The translations under genes were made by a program, and so were the position numbers. From Eledone cirrhosa (lineage: Eukaryota): a stretch of 64,000 bases of DNA. The notes beneath the pieces were generated by a model. The model was given only the letters and a program-made list of their open reading frames with translations, was not told where the DNA came from and did not search any database. Positions 1 through 14,944 of this stretch are shown one piece after another (position 1 is the first letter of the stretch; each line of letters starts with the position of its first letter). The DNA is taken from contig OZ024744.1 of the NCBI GenBank assembly GCA_964016885.1, positions 99,572,001 to 99,636,000 of the forward strand, read 5' to 3'.

Positions 1-565
1 AGAGAAGTAGCGGCTCTACCTGGAGTGACTCACTGATCACCGTGTTACAAATCTGTCCAGTGATTCTTTCCTGAGACATTCTAATCACATGTCCATAGTA
101 TCAGAGCTGTGATCTCTCAATTTGAAGAAGTAGCAGCTCTACCTGGAGTGACTCACTGATCACCGCGTTACAAATCTGTCCAGTGATTCTTTCCTGAGAC
201 ATTCTAATCACATGTCCATAAGTATCGGAGCTGTGATCTCTCAATTTGAAGAAGTAGCAGCTCTACCTGGAGTGACTCACTGATCACCGTGTTACAAATC
301 TGTCCAGTGATTCTTTCCTGAGACATTCTAACCACATGTCCATAGTATCAGAGCTGTGATCTCTCAATTCAGAGAAGTAGCGGCTCTACCTGGAGTGACT
401 CACTGATCACCATGTTACAAATCTGTCCAGTGATTCTTTCCTGAGACGTTCTAACCACATGTCCATAAGTATCGGAGCTGTGATCTCTCAATTTGGAAAA
501 GTAACAGCTCTACCTGGAGTGACTCTCTGATTTCTGAGCTACGCACTCTATCTAGTGTGGTTTCA
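1..565 (-). repeat. 123/124-bp tandem repeat (>=4.3 units, runs off the window start) made from an RTE LINE ORF C-terminal fragment
   Basis: The GAAGTAG anchor recurs at 4, 127, 251, 374 and (degenerate) 498. The minus strand reads approximately LDRVRSSEIRESLQVE(P)LLLQIERSQLRYYGHVIRMSQERI, an RTE-type QLRW/YxGHVxRM motif. Confidence 0.85.
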
Positions 566-582
566 TGTACAATTCCATTGTG

Positions 583-1170
583 AGTGCAGCATGGCTGAAT
601 GGTTTAAGAAGTTTTCTTCTCAATCATTAAGTCTCAGGTTCAATTCCACTATGTGACATCTTAGACAAGTGTTATTTACCATAGCTTCAGGTTGACCCAA
701 GTCTTGTCATTGAAATTGAGTAGACAGAAACTGTTTGGAAGCCTTTTGAATGGACCGTGTCTGTAATTCAAAACTCCATCATTGTCACATACCGTTTCAT
801 GCTGAATCTCCCTGAGAAATACATGTCTATGGAATACTCAGCCACTTACACTATAATACAACATAGACTGTACCTGTAATTCAACAGGGTCAGGTTTGTT
901 ACACATTGTCTAACACTGAATCTCCCTGAGAACTATGTTAAGGGTACACTGTGTCTGTGGAATACTCAGCCATGTATGTTAAAATATAATATAGACTATA
1001 CCCGTAATTCAACAGGGTCAAACTTGTTACACAATATGTTATGCTGAATCTCCCTGAGAATTAAGGGTACACTGTGTCTGTGGAATACTCAGCCATGTAT
1101 GCTACAATACAACAATGGATGGTACCTGTAATTCAACAGGGTCAGCTGTGTTACACAATATGTCATACTG
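583..1170 (+). mobile_element. Degenerate tRNA-derived SINE followed by ~3.5 tandem copies of a ~110-120-bp tail segment
   Basis: A-box-like TGGCTGAATGG and B-box-like GGTTCAATTCC. The downstream unit TGTAATTCAA...CTGAATCTCCCTGAGAA...TGGAATACTCAGCCA is repeated over 760-1170. Confidence 0.6.
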
Positions 1171-1237
1171 GAGAGCAGTAGAACAAAGGGAACATTTGTA
1201 CTAATTCACATATCCCACTTATTGTTATATGTCTTAA

Positions 1238-2229
1238 CTAGCTGAAAGACTGACATTGCTGTATTTATTCAGATCAGTTAAACAATAAATATGAAGATAT
1301 ATTTTTTTTATCATAATTATTTCAAAATATCTATATTTTATAAAACAAAATATCAAAATTGTAATCATAATAGAATTTAGAAATGAAAATCTGTCAATGT
1401 TGAAGCACCTCAGGGTAAACAATATTCATTGTGTAATTTTTTGTTGGTGTGCAAATGAATAAATTGTTGCTGCTTCCAACATGTGAGTAACCAACATAGA
1501 GTTAACTGTGGGAGAAACATGTAGTAGAGAGATCAAGTCCAACTACCTTGAGGGATTGACCCTGAGATTTGTTAATTGAAATAACAAAACTTAGTTTGAC
1601 TGGAAACTGAAGCCTCTTAAATTCAAATGGAACATCTGTAGGTTTGAGAGGAATTTTTAGGATAAAGACATTTTTTTTCAATATTGTAAACAAATAAGTC
1701 TCAACATCCAAAAGAAATATATATTAATCTCTATTTTTGTATGCAGTGTAAATTAACCAAATATAAGCAAATGTTTTAATTGTTAATTTAACCATATGAG
1801 TATGTAAATATAAACGAACAGACACACGTATATTCACACAAACATACACTTATAAAAAACACACAGAGACATACATTCATACAAACACACAGAGTTTCAC
1901 CCGCAGATTTCATTATGTCAGTCGGCACAGTAATGTGTGTATACTCACACACATATGCTTGTCAGTCAACACATGTGTAGATGTGTGTGTGTGTGTTTTT
2001 AATTCTCTGTGTATCTGATTAAATATTTACGCGAAGATGTGTGTGTATGTAACTTACTAAGGCCTAACGTATGTAACGAACATGCAAATGCACACACTCG
2101 CAGACACATACACACTCATATACAAAATGTGACGTCGTCGTCATCGTGTTGATTTGATTTGGTAGAGCTGTTTGAGAATGCATTAGGAAAAGACAGACAG
2201 ACAGACAACAAATTTTATATAGAGAGAGA
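1238..2229 (-). mobile_element. Non-autonomous Helitron carrying a PIF1-helicase C-terminal remnant
   Basis: ORF 1502-1711 contains FKRLQFPVKLSFVISINKSQGQSLKVVGLDL..CFSH (Helitron PIF1 motifs). The minus strand starts TCTCTCTCTATAT...GTCTGTCTGTC and ends ...TCAGCTAG|T at 1238. Confidence 0.85.
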
Positions 2230-2889
2230 CTAGCTGAGGTACTCAGCTTTGCCTGGGAAAATAGTTAAGAGAAGATGGATAAAAGAGGAAACAACTGTAT
2301 TGGATGTGTTGTCTGGTATGAGGTGAGACTGTAATGTGTGTGAGTGTGTGAGAGAGACATTAAAAAAAACAATCATGAAACTTCCTTATTAGGCTGAGGG
2401 AGTAAACTGCTAATTAAATGGTAGCCTTGGATTTTAAATGTTGTGAAATAACCATAGTCAGTATGATCTTTTTCACCTCCAAAGGACGTCATCTGAAACA
2501 CAGCAATATACTGCATAACATTGCTTCTGGAGTGTTTAGCTTCGTTAGTACGGACTGTAAGTAGTATATGGATAAAAGCTGGAGGCTAGATTCATTTCAA
2601 ATAGTATCAATTTTTCTTTGTTCTGTAAAATCAAAGATTCTAAAACGACTTTATAAAAGCTAATACAATATTGTTAAACCTTCAACTGATACTTTTGTGG
2701 GACGTCACTCTCTCTCTCTCTCTCTTGCTCTCTCTGAATATCCAACACTTTAATTGTATCTCTCTCTGTATAACAGTTTATCTCTCCCTCTGTGTCTCTC
2801 TCTCTCTCTTTAGATGTGTGAGTGTATGTAGTTTTCATGTCAATCAACCAACCAACCAATAAACATCTTTCTATTATATTATATATAGA
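2230..2889 (-). mobile_element. Second non-autonomous Helitron, head-to-tail with the first
   Basis: Minus-strand 5' end A|TCTATATATAATA...TTGGTTGGTTGG at 2889. The 3' end CCCAGGCAAAGCTGAGTACCTCAGCTAG at 2230 directly abuts the TC start of the first Helitron. Confidence 0.65.
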
Positions 2890-3559
2890 TTTTGATGAAC
2901 AATAAATACTCTTGTGTCTTAATAATTGTCTCCCTACCCCACAACCCGCTTGATAATTTTTTTCGTTTTTTTTTTTTTTTTCCCACACACACACCGCTCT
3001 TATTCTACTTCCTCCACCCCACACCCCTGCTTATTAAATGTTGCTAATCTCCAGTGAAATATTATTTTAAATGGTAGCATTCCTGTGACAATTAATTTTC
3101 TTTATACATTAAAATACATTATACATGACAAAAAAAACAAAAACAACATTACTACAAATCCCATAGTTATAAAATAAATAGGATGGTTTTTTTTTTAGGG
3201 GGGGGGGTCTCAATTTGTAAATGTTTTAAACGTTTCACTGTTTGTTACTTCAATTCATTGATGCTATAGAATGACCATACAAAAAACATTTGGTTGAACT
3301 CACAAAGTTGGCTTAAAAACCATTGATATTTACATATATATGAAAAAAGGAAGATAAAAACAAAATTATGTAATGAGAAAATGAGGAAGGAGTAAAGAAG
3401 GCAGATCTGGCTGTATGGGAAAGTAGAGGAAAGGACTATAAATGCCATAAATGAGAGGGAAAAGAAAGAAAAAGCAAGGATTCTTGGGCCACAGAAAAAA
3501 AAGGGAGGGGAAGGGGAGAGGGTGATGGGCTCTGGGCCTTGGGCAGGGCCGTATTTGGG

Positions 3560-3941
3560 CTGCGTTCAGTGGACAAAAACTGCAAAGGCATTCCACAGAC
3601 AATGTCCAGTGACACCCGCTGCTACAGCCACCCAACCTCGCAGGGCTCGTCCCTCAGGCAGGCTGCTGGTGTTTTGATTTTGCGGAGGAGCTCGGCAGTA
3701 CGGGGTCTTAGGATGCCTGACGTCTCGATGGTGACCGATGGTGACCGATGTGAAGAGGAAGCAGCTGGACAAGCCCTAGTATTTCTTTGTTATCTTGTCC
3801 TCTGCATTGTGGGCCACAGTACTGGGGTTCGACGCTGAAGAAACAAGCTGGAGGTGGGGAATGTGTCACAACATGTGGCGTGCCAGATGAGAGATTTACA
3901 TCCTTCGAATGAGAAGAGGGTAATTCCGTCAGGGCACTTGC
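3560..3941 (-). pseudogene. CRE-like non-LTR retrotransposon restriction-like endonuclease remnant
   Basis: Manual frameshifted translation gives GKCPDGITLF..KSLIWHATCCDT..AEDKITKKY*GL..ETSGIL.P..QRVSLDIV. This resembles the CRE RLE pattern GKRPDG..LxWDAT..K..KY..ET.G..QRIS. Confidence 0.7.
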
Positions 3942-6900
3942 CACATTAACAAGACACTGTTGAAATGTACAAAACAGTACTGTGACTGTATCACATTAAC
4001 TGTTAACATCCTGTACCACATTAAACCACAATAACAAGACACTGTTGAAAAGTACAAAACAGTACTATGACTGCATCACATTAACTCTTAACATCCTGTA
4101 CCACATGAAACCACATTAACAAGACATTGTTGAAAAGTACAAAACAGTACTATGACTGTATCACATTAACTCTTAACATCCTGTACCACATGAAACCACA
4201 TTAACAAGACACTGTTGAAATGTACAAAACAGTACTGTGACTGTATCACATTAACTGTTAACATCCTGTACCACATTAAACCACAATAACAAGACACTGT
4301 TGAAAAGTACAAAACAGTACTATGACTGTATCACATTAACTGTTAACATCCTGTACCACACAAAACCACATTAACAAGACACTGTTGAAATGTACAAAAC
4401 AGTACTATGACTGTATCACATTAACTATTAACATCCTGTACCACATGAAACCACATTAACAAGACATTGTTGAAATGTACAAAACAGTACTATGACTGTA
4501 TCACATTAACTGTTAACATCCTGTACCACATGAAACCACATTAACAAGACATTGTTGAAAAGTACAAAACAGTACTGTGACTGTATCACATTAACTATTA
4601 ACATCCTGTACCACATGAAACCACATTAACAAGACACTGTTGAAATGTACAAAACAGTACTATGACTGTATCACATTAACTCTTAACATCCTGTACCACA
4701 TGAAACCACATTAACAAGACATTGTTGAAAAGTACAAAACAGTACTATGACTGTATCACATTAACTGTTAACATCCTGTACCACGTGAAACCACATTAAC
4801 AAGACATTGTTGAAAAGTACAAAACAGTACTGTGACTGTATCACATTAACTGTTACCATCCTGTACCACATGAAACCACATTAACAAGACATTGTTGAAA
4901 AGTACAAAACAGTACTATGACTATCACATTAACTCATAACATCCTGTACCACATGAAACCACATTAACAAGACATTGTTGAAAAGTACAAAACAGTACTA
5001 TGACTGTATCACATTAACTGTTAACATCCTGTACCACGTGAAACCACATTAACAAGACATTGTTGAAAAGTACAAAACAGTACTATGACTGTATCACATT
5101 AACTGTTAACATCCTGTACCACGTGAAACCACATTAACAAGACATTCTTGAAAAGTACAAAACAGTACTGTGACTGTATCACATTAACTCTTAACATCCT
5201 GTACCACATGAAACCACAATAACAAGACATTGTTGAAAAGTACAAAACAGTACTATGACTGTATCACATTAACTGTTAACATCCTGTACCACATCAAACC
5301 ACATTAGCAAGACATTGTTGAAAAGTACAAAACAGTATTATGACTGTATCACATTAACTCTTAACATCCTGTACCACATGAAACCACATTAACAAGACAT
5401 TGTTGAAAAGTACAAAACAGTACTATGACTGTATCACATTAACTCTTAACATCCTGTACCACATGAAACCACATTAACAAGACATTGTTGAAAAGTACAA
5501 AACAGTACTGTGACTGTATCACATTAACTGTTACCATCCTGTACCACATGAAACCACATTAACAAGACATTGTTGAAAAGTACAAAACAGTACTATGACT
5601 GTATCACATTAACTGTTAACATCCTGTACCACATGAAACCACATTAGCAAGACATTGTTGAAAAGTACAAAACAGTATTATGACTGTATCACATTAACTC
5701 TTAACATCCTGTACCACATGAAACCACATTAACAAGACATTGTTGAAAAGTACAAAACAGTACTATGACTGTATCACATTAACTCTTAACATCCTGTACC
5801 ACATGAAACCACATTAACAAGACATTGTTGAAAAGTACAAAACAGTACTATGACTGTATCACATTAACTCTTAACATCATGTACCACGTGAAACCACATT
5901 AACAAGACATTGTTGAAATGTACAAAACAGTACTATGACTGTATCACATTAACTGTTAATATCCTGTACCACATGAAACCACAATAACAAGACATTGTTG
6001 AAAAGTACAAAACAGTACTATGACTGTATCACATTAACTCTTAACATCCTGTACCACGTGAAACCACATTAACAAGACATTGTTGAAATGTACAAAACAG
6101 TACTATGACTGTATCACATTAACTCTTAACATCCTGTACCACATGAAACCACATTAACAAGACATTGTTGAAAAGTACAAAACAGTACTATGACTGTATC
6201 ACATTAACTCTTAACATCCTGTACCACGTGAAACCACATTAACAAGACATTCTTGAAATGTACAAAACAGTACTATGACTGTATCACATTAACTGTTAAC
6301 ATCCTGTACCACATGAAACCACATTAACAAGACATTGTTGAAAAGTACAAAACAGTACTATGACTGTATCACATTAACTGTTAACATCCTGTACCACATG
6401 AAACCACATTAACAAGACATTGTTGAAATGTACAAAACAGTACTATGACTGTATCACATTAACTCTTAACATCCTGTACCACGTGAAACCACATTAACAA
6501 GACATTGTTGAAATGTACAAAACAGTACTATGACTGTATCACATTAACTCTTAACATCCTGTACCACATGAAACCACATTAACAAGACATTGTTGAAAAG
6601 TACAAAACAGTACTATGACTGTATCACATTCACTCTTAACATCCTGTACCACATGAAACCACATTAACAAGACATTGTTGAACAGTACAAAACAGTACTA
6701 TGACTGTATCACATTAACTCTTAACATCCTGTACCACATGAAACCACATTAACAAGACATTGTTGAAAAGTACAAAACAGTACTATGACTGTATCACATT
6801 AACTGTTAACGTCCTGTACCACGTGAAACCACAATAACAAGACATTGTTGAAAAGTACAAAACAGTACTATGACTGTATCACATTAACTCTTAACATCCT

Positions 6901-9900
6901 GTACCACATGAAACCACATTAACAAGATATTGTTGAAAACTACAAAACAGTATTATGACTGTATCACATTAACTCTTAACATCCTGTACCACATGAAACC
7001 ACATTAACAAGACATTGTTGAAAAGTACAAAACAGTACTATGACTGTATCACATTCACTCTTAACATCCTGTACCACATGAAACCACATTAACAAGACAT
7101 TGTTGAACAGTACAAAACAGTACTATGACTGTATCACATTAACTCTTAACATCCTGTACCACATGAAACCACATTAACAAGACATTGTTGAAAAGTACAA
7201 AACAGTACTATGACTGTATCACATTAACTCTTAACATCCTGTACCACATGAAACCACATTAACAAGACATTCGTAAAAAGTACAACACAGTACTATGACT
7301 GTATCACATTAACTGTTAACATCCTGTACCACATTAAACCACATTAACAAGACATTGTTGAAAAGTACAAAACAGTACGGTGACTGTATCACATTCACTG
7401 TTAACATCCTGTACCACATGAAACCACATTAACAAGACATTGTTGAAAAGTACAAAACAGTACTGTGACTGTATCACATTAACTGTTAACATCCTGTACC
7501 ACATGAAACCACATTAACAAGACATTGTTGAAAAGTACAAAACAGTACTATGACTGTATCACATTAACTGTTAACATCCTGTACCACATAAAACCACATT
7601 AACAAGACATTCTTGAAAAGTACAAAACAGTACAATGACTGTATCACATTAACTCTTAACATCCTGTACCACATGAAACCACATTAACAAGACATTGTTG
7701 AAAAGTACAAAACAGTATTATGACTGTATCACATTAACTCTTAACATCCTGTACTACATGAAACCACATTAACAAGACATTCTTGAAAAGTACAAAACAG
7801 TACTATGACTGTATCACATTAACTCTTAACATCCTGTACCACATTAAACCACATTAACAAGACATTGTTGAAAAGTACAAAACAGTACTATGACTGTATC
7901 ACATTAACTCAACATCCTGTACCACATGAAACCACACTAACAAGACATTCTTGAAAAGTACAAAACAGTACTGTGACTGTATCACATTAACTGTTAACAT
8001 CCTGTACCACATGAAACCACATTAACAAGACATTGTTGAAAAGTACAAAACAGTACTATGACTGTATCACATTAACTCTTAACATCCTGTACCACATGAA
8101 ACCACATTAACAAGACATTGTTGAAAAGTACAAAACAGTATTATGACTGTATCACATTAACTGTTAACAGCCTGTACCACATGAAACCACATTAACAAGA
8201 CATTCTTGAAAAGTACAAAACAGTACAATGACTGTATCACATTAACTCTTAACATCCTGTACCACATGAAACCACATTAACAAGACATTGTTGAAAAGTA
8301 CAAAACAGTACTATGACTGTATCACATTAACTCTTAACATCCTGTACCACATGAAACCACATTAACAAGACATTGTTGAAAAGTACAACACAGTACTATG
8401 ACTGTATCACATTAACTCTTAACATCCTGTACCACATGAAACCACATTAACAAGACATTCGTAAAAAGTACAACACAGTACTATGACTGTATCACATTAA
8501 CTGTTAACATCCTGTCCCACATTAAACCATATTAACAAGACATTGTTGAAAAGTACAAAACAGTACTGTGACTGTATCACATTAACTGTTAACATCCTGT
8601 ACCACATGAAACCACATTAACAAGACATTGTTGAAAAGTACAAAACAGTACTGTGACTATATCACATTAACTGTTAACATCCTGTACCACATGAAACCAC
8701 ATTAACAAGACATTGTTGAAAAGTACAAAACAGTACTATGACTGTATCACATTAACTGTTAACATCCTGTACCACATAAAACCACATTAACAAGACATTC
8801 TTGAAAAGTACAAAACAGTACAATGACTGTATCACATTAACTCTTAACATCCTGTACCACATGAAACCACATTAAGAAGACATTGTTGAAAAGTACAAAA
8901 CAGTATTATGACTGTATCACATTAACTGTTAACATCCTGTACCACATGAAACCACATTAACAAGACATTCTTGAAAAGTACAAAACAGTACAATGACTGT
9001 ATCACATTAACTCTTAACATCCTGTACCACATGAAACCACATTAACCAGAGATTGTTGAAAAGTACAAAACATTACTATGACTGTATCACATTAACTCTT
9101 AACATCCTGTACCACATGAAACCACATTAACAAGACATTCTTGAAAAGTACAAAACAGTACTATGACTGTATCACATTAACTCTTAACATCCTGTACAAC
9201 ATTAAACCACATTAACAAGACATTGTTGAAAAGTACAAAACAGTACTATGACTGTATCACATTAACTCAACATCCTGTACCACATGAAACCATACTAACA
9301 AGACATTGTTGAAAAGTACAAAACAGTACTATGACTGTATCACATTAACTCAACATCCTGTACCACATGAAACCACACTAACAAGACATTCTTGAAAAGT
9401 ACAAAACAGTACTGTGACTGTATCACATTAACTGTTAACATCCTGTACCACATGAAACCACATTAACAAGACATTGTTGAAAAGTACAAAACAGTACTAT
9501 GACTGTATCACATTAACTCTTAACATCCTGTACCACATGAAACCACATTAACAAGACATTGTTGAAAAGTACAAAACAGTATTATGACTGTATCACATTA
9601 ACCGTTAACAGCCTGTACCACATGAAACCACATTAACAAGACATTCTTGAAAAGTACAAAACAGTACAATGACTGTATCACATTAACTCTTAACATCCTG
9701 TACCACATGAAACCACATTAACAAGACATTCTTGAAAAGTACAAAACAGTACTATGACTGTATCACATTAACTGTTAACATCCTGTACCACATGAAACCA
9801 CATTAACAAGACATTCTTGAAAAGTACAAAACAGTACAATGACTGTATCACATTAACTCTTAACATCCTGTACCACATGAAACCACATTAACCAGACATT

Positions 9901-12900
9901 GTTGAAAAGTACAAAACATTACTATGACTGTATCACATTAACTCTTAACATCCTGTACCACATGAAACCACATTAACAAGACATTCTTGAAAAGTACAAA
10001 ACAGTACTATGACTGTATCACATTAACTCTTAACATCCTGTACCACATTAAACCACATTAACAAGACATTGTTGAAAAGTACAAAACAGTACTATGACTT
10101 TATCACATTAACTCAACATCCTGTACCACATGAAACCACACTAACAAGACATTCTTGAAAAGTACAAAACAGTACTGTGACTGTATCACATTAACTCTTA
10201 ACATCCTGTACCACATGAAACCACATTAACAAGACATTGTTGAAAAGTACAAAACAGTACTGTGACTGTATCACATTAACTGTTAACATCCTGTACCACA
10301 TGAAACCACGTTAACAAGACATTGTTGAAAAGTACAAAACAGTATTATGACTGTATCACATTAACTGTTAACATCCTGTACCACATGAAACCACATTAAC
10401 AAGACATTCTTGAAAAGTACAAAACAGTACAATGACTGTATCACATTAACTCTTAACATCCTGTACCACATGAAACCACATTAACCAGACATTGTTGAAA
10501 AGTACAAAACATTACTATGAGTGTATCACATTAACTCTTAACATCCTGTACCACATGAAACCACATTAACAAGACATTGTTGAAAAGTACAAAACAGTAC
10601 TATGACTGTATCACATTAACTGTTGACATCCTGTACCACATGAAACCACATTAACAAGACATTGTTGAAAAGTAGAAAACAGTACTATGACTGTATCACA
10701 TTAACTCAACATCCTGTACCACATGAAACCACACTAACAAGACATTGTTGAAAAGTACAAAACAGTACTGTGACTGTATCACATTAACTGTCAACATCCT
10801 GTACCACATTAACAAGACATTGTTGAAAAGTACAAAACAGTACTATGACTGTATCACATTAACTCTTAACATCCTGTACCACATGAAACCACATTAACAA
10901 GATATTGTTGAAAAGTACAAAACAGTACTATGACTGTATCACATTAACTCTTAACATCCTGTACCACATGTAACCACATTAACAAGACATTGTTGAAAAG
11001 TACAAAACAGTACTATGACTGTATCACATTAACTCTTAACATCCTGTACCACATGAAACCACATTAACAAGACATTGTTGAAAAGTACAAAACAGTACTA
11101 TGACTGTATCACATTAACTCAACATCCTGTACCACATGAAACCACACTAACAAGACATTGTTGAAAAGTACAAAACAGTACAATGACTGTATCACATTAA
11201 CTCTTAACATCCTGTACCACATGAAACCACATTAACCAGACATTGTTGAAAAGTACAAAACATTACTATGACTGTATCACATTAACTCTTAACATCCTGT
11301 ACCACATGAAACCACATTAACCAGACATTGTTGAAAAGTACAAAACAGTACTATGACTGTATCACATTAACTGTTAACATCCTGTACCACATGAAACCAC
11401 ATTAACAAGACATTCTTGAAACGTACAAAACAGTACAATGACTGTATCACATTAACTCTTAACATCCTGTACCACATGAAACCACATTAACAAGACATTG
11501 TTGAAAAGTACAAAACATTACTATGACTGTATCACATTAACTGTTGACATCCTGTACCACATGAAACCACATTAACAAGACATTGTTGAAAAGTACAAAA
11601 CAGTACTATGACTGTATCACATTAACTGTTGACATCCTGTACCACATGAAACCACATTAACAAGACATTGTTGAAAAGTACAAAACAGTACTATGACTGT
11701 ATCACATTAACTCAACATCCTGTACCACATGAAACCACACTAACAAGACATTGTTGAAAAGTACAAAACAGTACAATGACTGTATCACATTAACTCTTAA
11801 CATCCTGTACCACATGAAACCACATTAACCAGACATTGTTGAAAAGTACAAAACATTACTATGACTGTATCACATTAACTCTTAACATCCTGTACCACAT
11901 GAAACCACATTAACCAGACATTGTTGAAAAGTACAAAACAGTACTATGACTGTATCACATTAACTCTTAACATCCTGTACCACATGAAACCACATTAACA
12001 AGACATTGTTGAAAAGTACAAAACAGTACTGTGACTGTATCACATTAACTGTTAACATCCTGTACCACATGAAACCACATTAACAAGACATTGTTGAAAA
12101 GTACAAAACAGTACTGTGACTGTATCACATTAACTCTTAACATCCTGTACCACATGAAACCACATTAACAAGACATTGTTGAAAAGTACAAAACAGTACT
12201 ATGACTGTATCACATTAACTGCTAACATCCTGTACCACATGAAACCACATTAACAAGACATTGTTGAAAAGTACAAAACAGTACTGTGACTGTATCACAT
12301 TAACTCTTAACATCCTGTACCACATGAAACCACATTAACAAGACATTGTTGAAAAGTACAAAACAGTACTATGACTGTATCACATTAACTCTTAACATCC
12401 TGTACCACATGAAACCACATTAACAAGACATTGTTGAAAAGTACAAAACAGTATTATGACTGTATCACATTAACTGTTAACATCCTGTACCACATGAAAC
12501 CACATTAACAAGACATTGTTGAAAAGTACAAAACAGTACTATGACTGTATCACATTAACTGTTGACATCCTGTACCACATGAAACCACATTAACAAGACA
12601 TTGTTGAAAAGTACAAAACAGTACTATGACTGTATCACATTAACTCAACATCCTGTACCACATGAAACCACACTAACAAGACATTGTTGAAAAGTACAAA
12701 ACAGTACAATGACTGTATCACATTAACTGTTAACATCCTGTACCACATGAAACCACATTAACCAGACATTGTTGAAAAGTACAAAACATTACTATGACTG
12801 TATCACATTAACTCTTAACATCCTGTACCACATGAAACCACATTAACCAGACATTGTTGAAAAGTACAAAACAGTACTATGACTGTATCACATTAACTCT

Positions 12901-13948
12901 TAACATCCTGTACCACATGAAACCACATTAACAAGACATTGTTGAAAAGTACAAAACAGTACTGTGACTGTATCACATTAACTGTTAACATCCTGTACCA
13001 CATGAAACCACATTAACAAGACATTGTTGAAAAGTACAAAACAGTACTGTGACTGTATCACATTAACTGTTAACATCCTGTACCACATGAAACCACATTA
13101 ACAAGACATTGTTGAAAAGTACAAAACAGTACTATGACTGTATCACATTAACTGCTAACATCCTGTACCTCATGAAACCACATTAACAAGACATTGTTGA
13201 AAAGTACAAAACAGTACTGTGACTGTATCACATTAACTCTTAACATCCTGTACCACATGAAACCACATTAACAAGACATTGTTGAAAAGTACAAAACAGT
13301 ACTATGACTGTATCACATTAACTCTTAACATCCTGTACCACATGAAACCACATTAACAAGACATTGTTGAAAAGTACAAAACAGTATTATGACTGTATCA
13401 CATTAACTGTTAACATCCTGTACCACATGAAACCACATTAACAAGACATTCTTGTAAAGTACAAAACAGTACTATGACTGTATCACATTAACTCTTAACA
13501 TCCTGTACCACATGAAACCACATTAACCAGACATTGTTGAAAAGTACAAAACATTACTATGACTGTATCACATTAACTGTTAACATCCTGTACCACATGA
13601 AACCACATTAACTCTTAACATCCTGTACCACATGAAACCACATTAACAAGACATTGTTGAAAAGTACAAAACAACACTATGACTGTATCACATTAACTCT
13701 TAACATCCTGTACCACATGAAACCACATTAACAAGACATTGTTGAAAAGTACAAAACAGTACTATGACTGTATCACATTAACTCTTAACATCCTGTACCA
13801 CATGAAACCACATTAGCAAGACATTGTTGAAAAGTACAAAACAGTACTATGACTGTATCACATTAACTGTTAACATCCTGTACCACATGAAACCACATTA
13901 GCAAGACATTCTTGAAAAGTACAAAACAGTACTATGACTGTAACACAT
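3941..13948. repeat. 85-bp satellite, ~10.0 kb, ~118 monomers
   Basis: Monomer TTAACTCTTAACATCCTGTACCACATGAAACCACATTAACAAGACATTGTTGAAAAGTACAAAACAGTACTATGACTGTATCACA. Anchors at 3941, 4026, 4111 and 4196, with recurrent 83-bp deletion variants. Confidence 0.98.
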
Positions 13949-14080
13949 AATTAAAAATGGAAAATTTTCCTCTAATATTGCAAATGTCCACAACAATTGT
14001 CTACTGGTAAAAATATTTGAATTAACTAACCTGTTTTTAGCTATTTTCTGTTTAAATTATTACAAGATGTTAAAAGTTAA
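13863..14080. mobile_element. ~215-bp TTAA-flanked MITE (piggyBac-like) whose left end is the last satellite monomer
   Basis: Left end TTAA-CTGTTAACATCCTGTA and right end TACAAGATGTTAAAAG-TTAA are inverted termini. The whole unit aligns in reverse to 47392-47600. Confidence 0.7.
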
Positions 14081-14139
14081 TAAACAATTATTTTTGTAAA
14101 ATGATTGTAGTAAATTTTAGGTCCATAAATTTTTGTTTA

Positions 14140-14458
14140 CCACTCATACTGATGTTGAGGTATTTTTTTCAAAATATATAACATCAAAATCTCATAGATT
14201 CGATATTATGTGAGATATTATGTGAGATAAAGTGTTTAACGTGAAAATAGGATAGAAAATATAGAGTAATGTAAATGCTAAAGGATTAAAAGAAAAAAGA
14301 TTTGGCTTACTTTGGCCTTACTACTCATACTGATGTTAAGGTATTGCTCTCAAAATAAATAATATCAAAATCTCATAGATTCAATATTAAGTGAGATAAA
14401 GCCTTTACCTCAAAAATAGTACAGTAAATATAGAGTAATGTAAATGCTAAAGGGTTAA
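14140..14458 (+). mobile_element. Two tandem 3' halves of a piggyBac-type MITE (CCCTTTAGCATT TIR family)
   Basis: Both halves end GTAAATGCTAAAGG(A/G)TTAA and match the full copies at 47601-48003 and 51068-51298. Confidence 0.7.
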
Positions 14459-14776
14459 ATATTTCAATTGCTACCTACATAAAATTAATTTTTAAAAAAA
14501 TATTTGTTAGTATTGGCAGGAGTGGTTGACAGAACAAACATCCGCATCCCTATTTTCTCTCTTTTATTTTGACTGATTAGAGAACAATATTTTGCTGATA
14601 TGTTCCATATTTGGGCATTATTTCTATAGCTGAATGCCATTCCTTTGCAAGACTGAAAAGTTCTCTCTACCATTGTCTCTATTCAATCACCAACAACTTT
14701 ACAGAGTGTACTGGGTGCATTATATCGTAGCATCAACACTAGAGAGGTTGTTGAGTCCCTGACAACACCTAACCTA

Positions 14777-14944
14777 CCCTAGTTCCTGGCGTCGAAGACG
14801 CTACTTTTTTCCTAAAATAAGTCTAAAAAATCTACCATGCGTCCTGGAGGCCAAAGGTTGTTTGTTATTTTTTTTCAAATTTTTGTTTGTCAAAATTAGG
14901 GTGCGTTCTCGAGGACAAAGTGTCTTCAGCACCGGGAAATACAG
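14777..14944. mobile_element. Tc1/mariner-superfamily MITE
   Basis: TA flanks on both sides. Degenerate TIRs CCCTAGTTCCTGGCGTCGAAGAC and GTCTTCAGCACCGGGAAATACAG. Confidence 0.55.
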
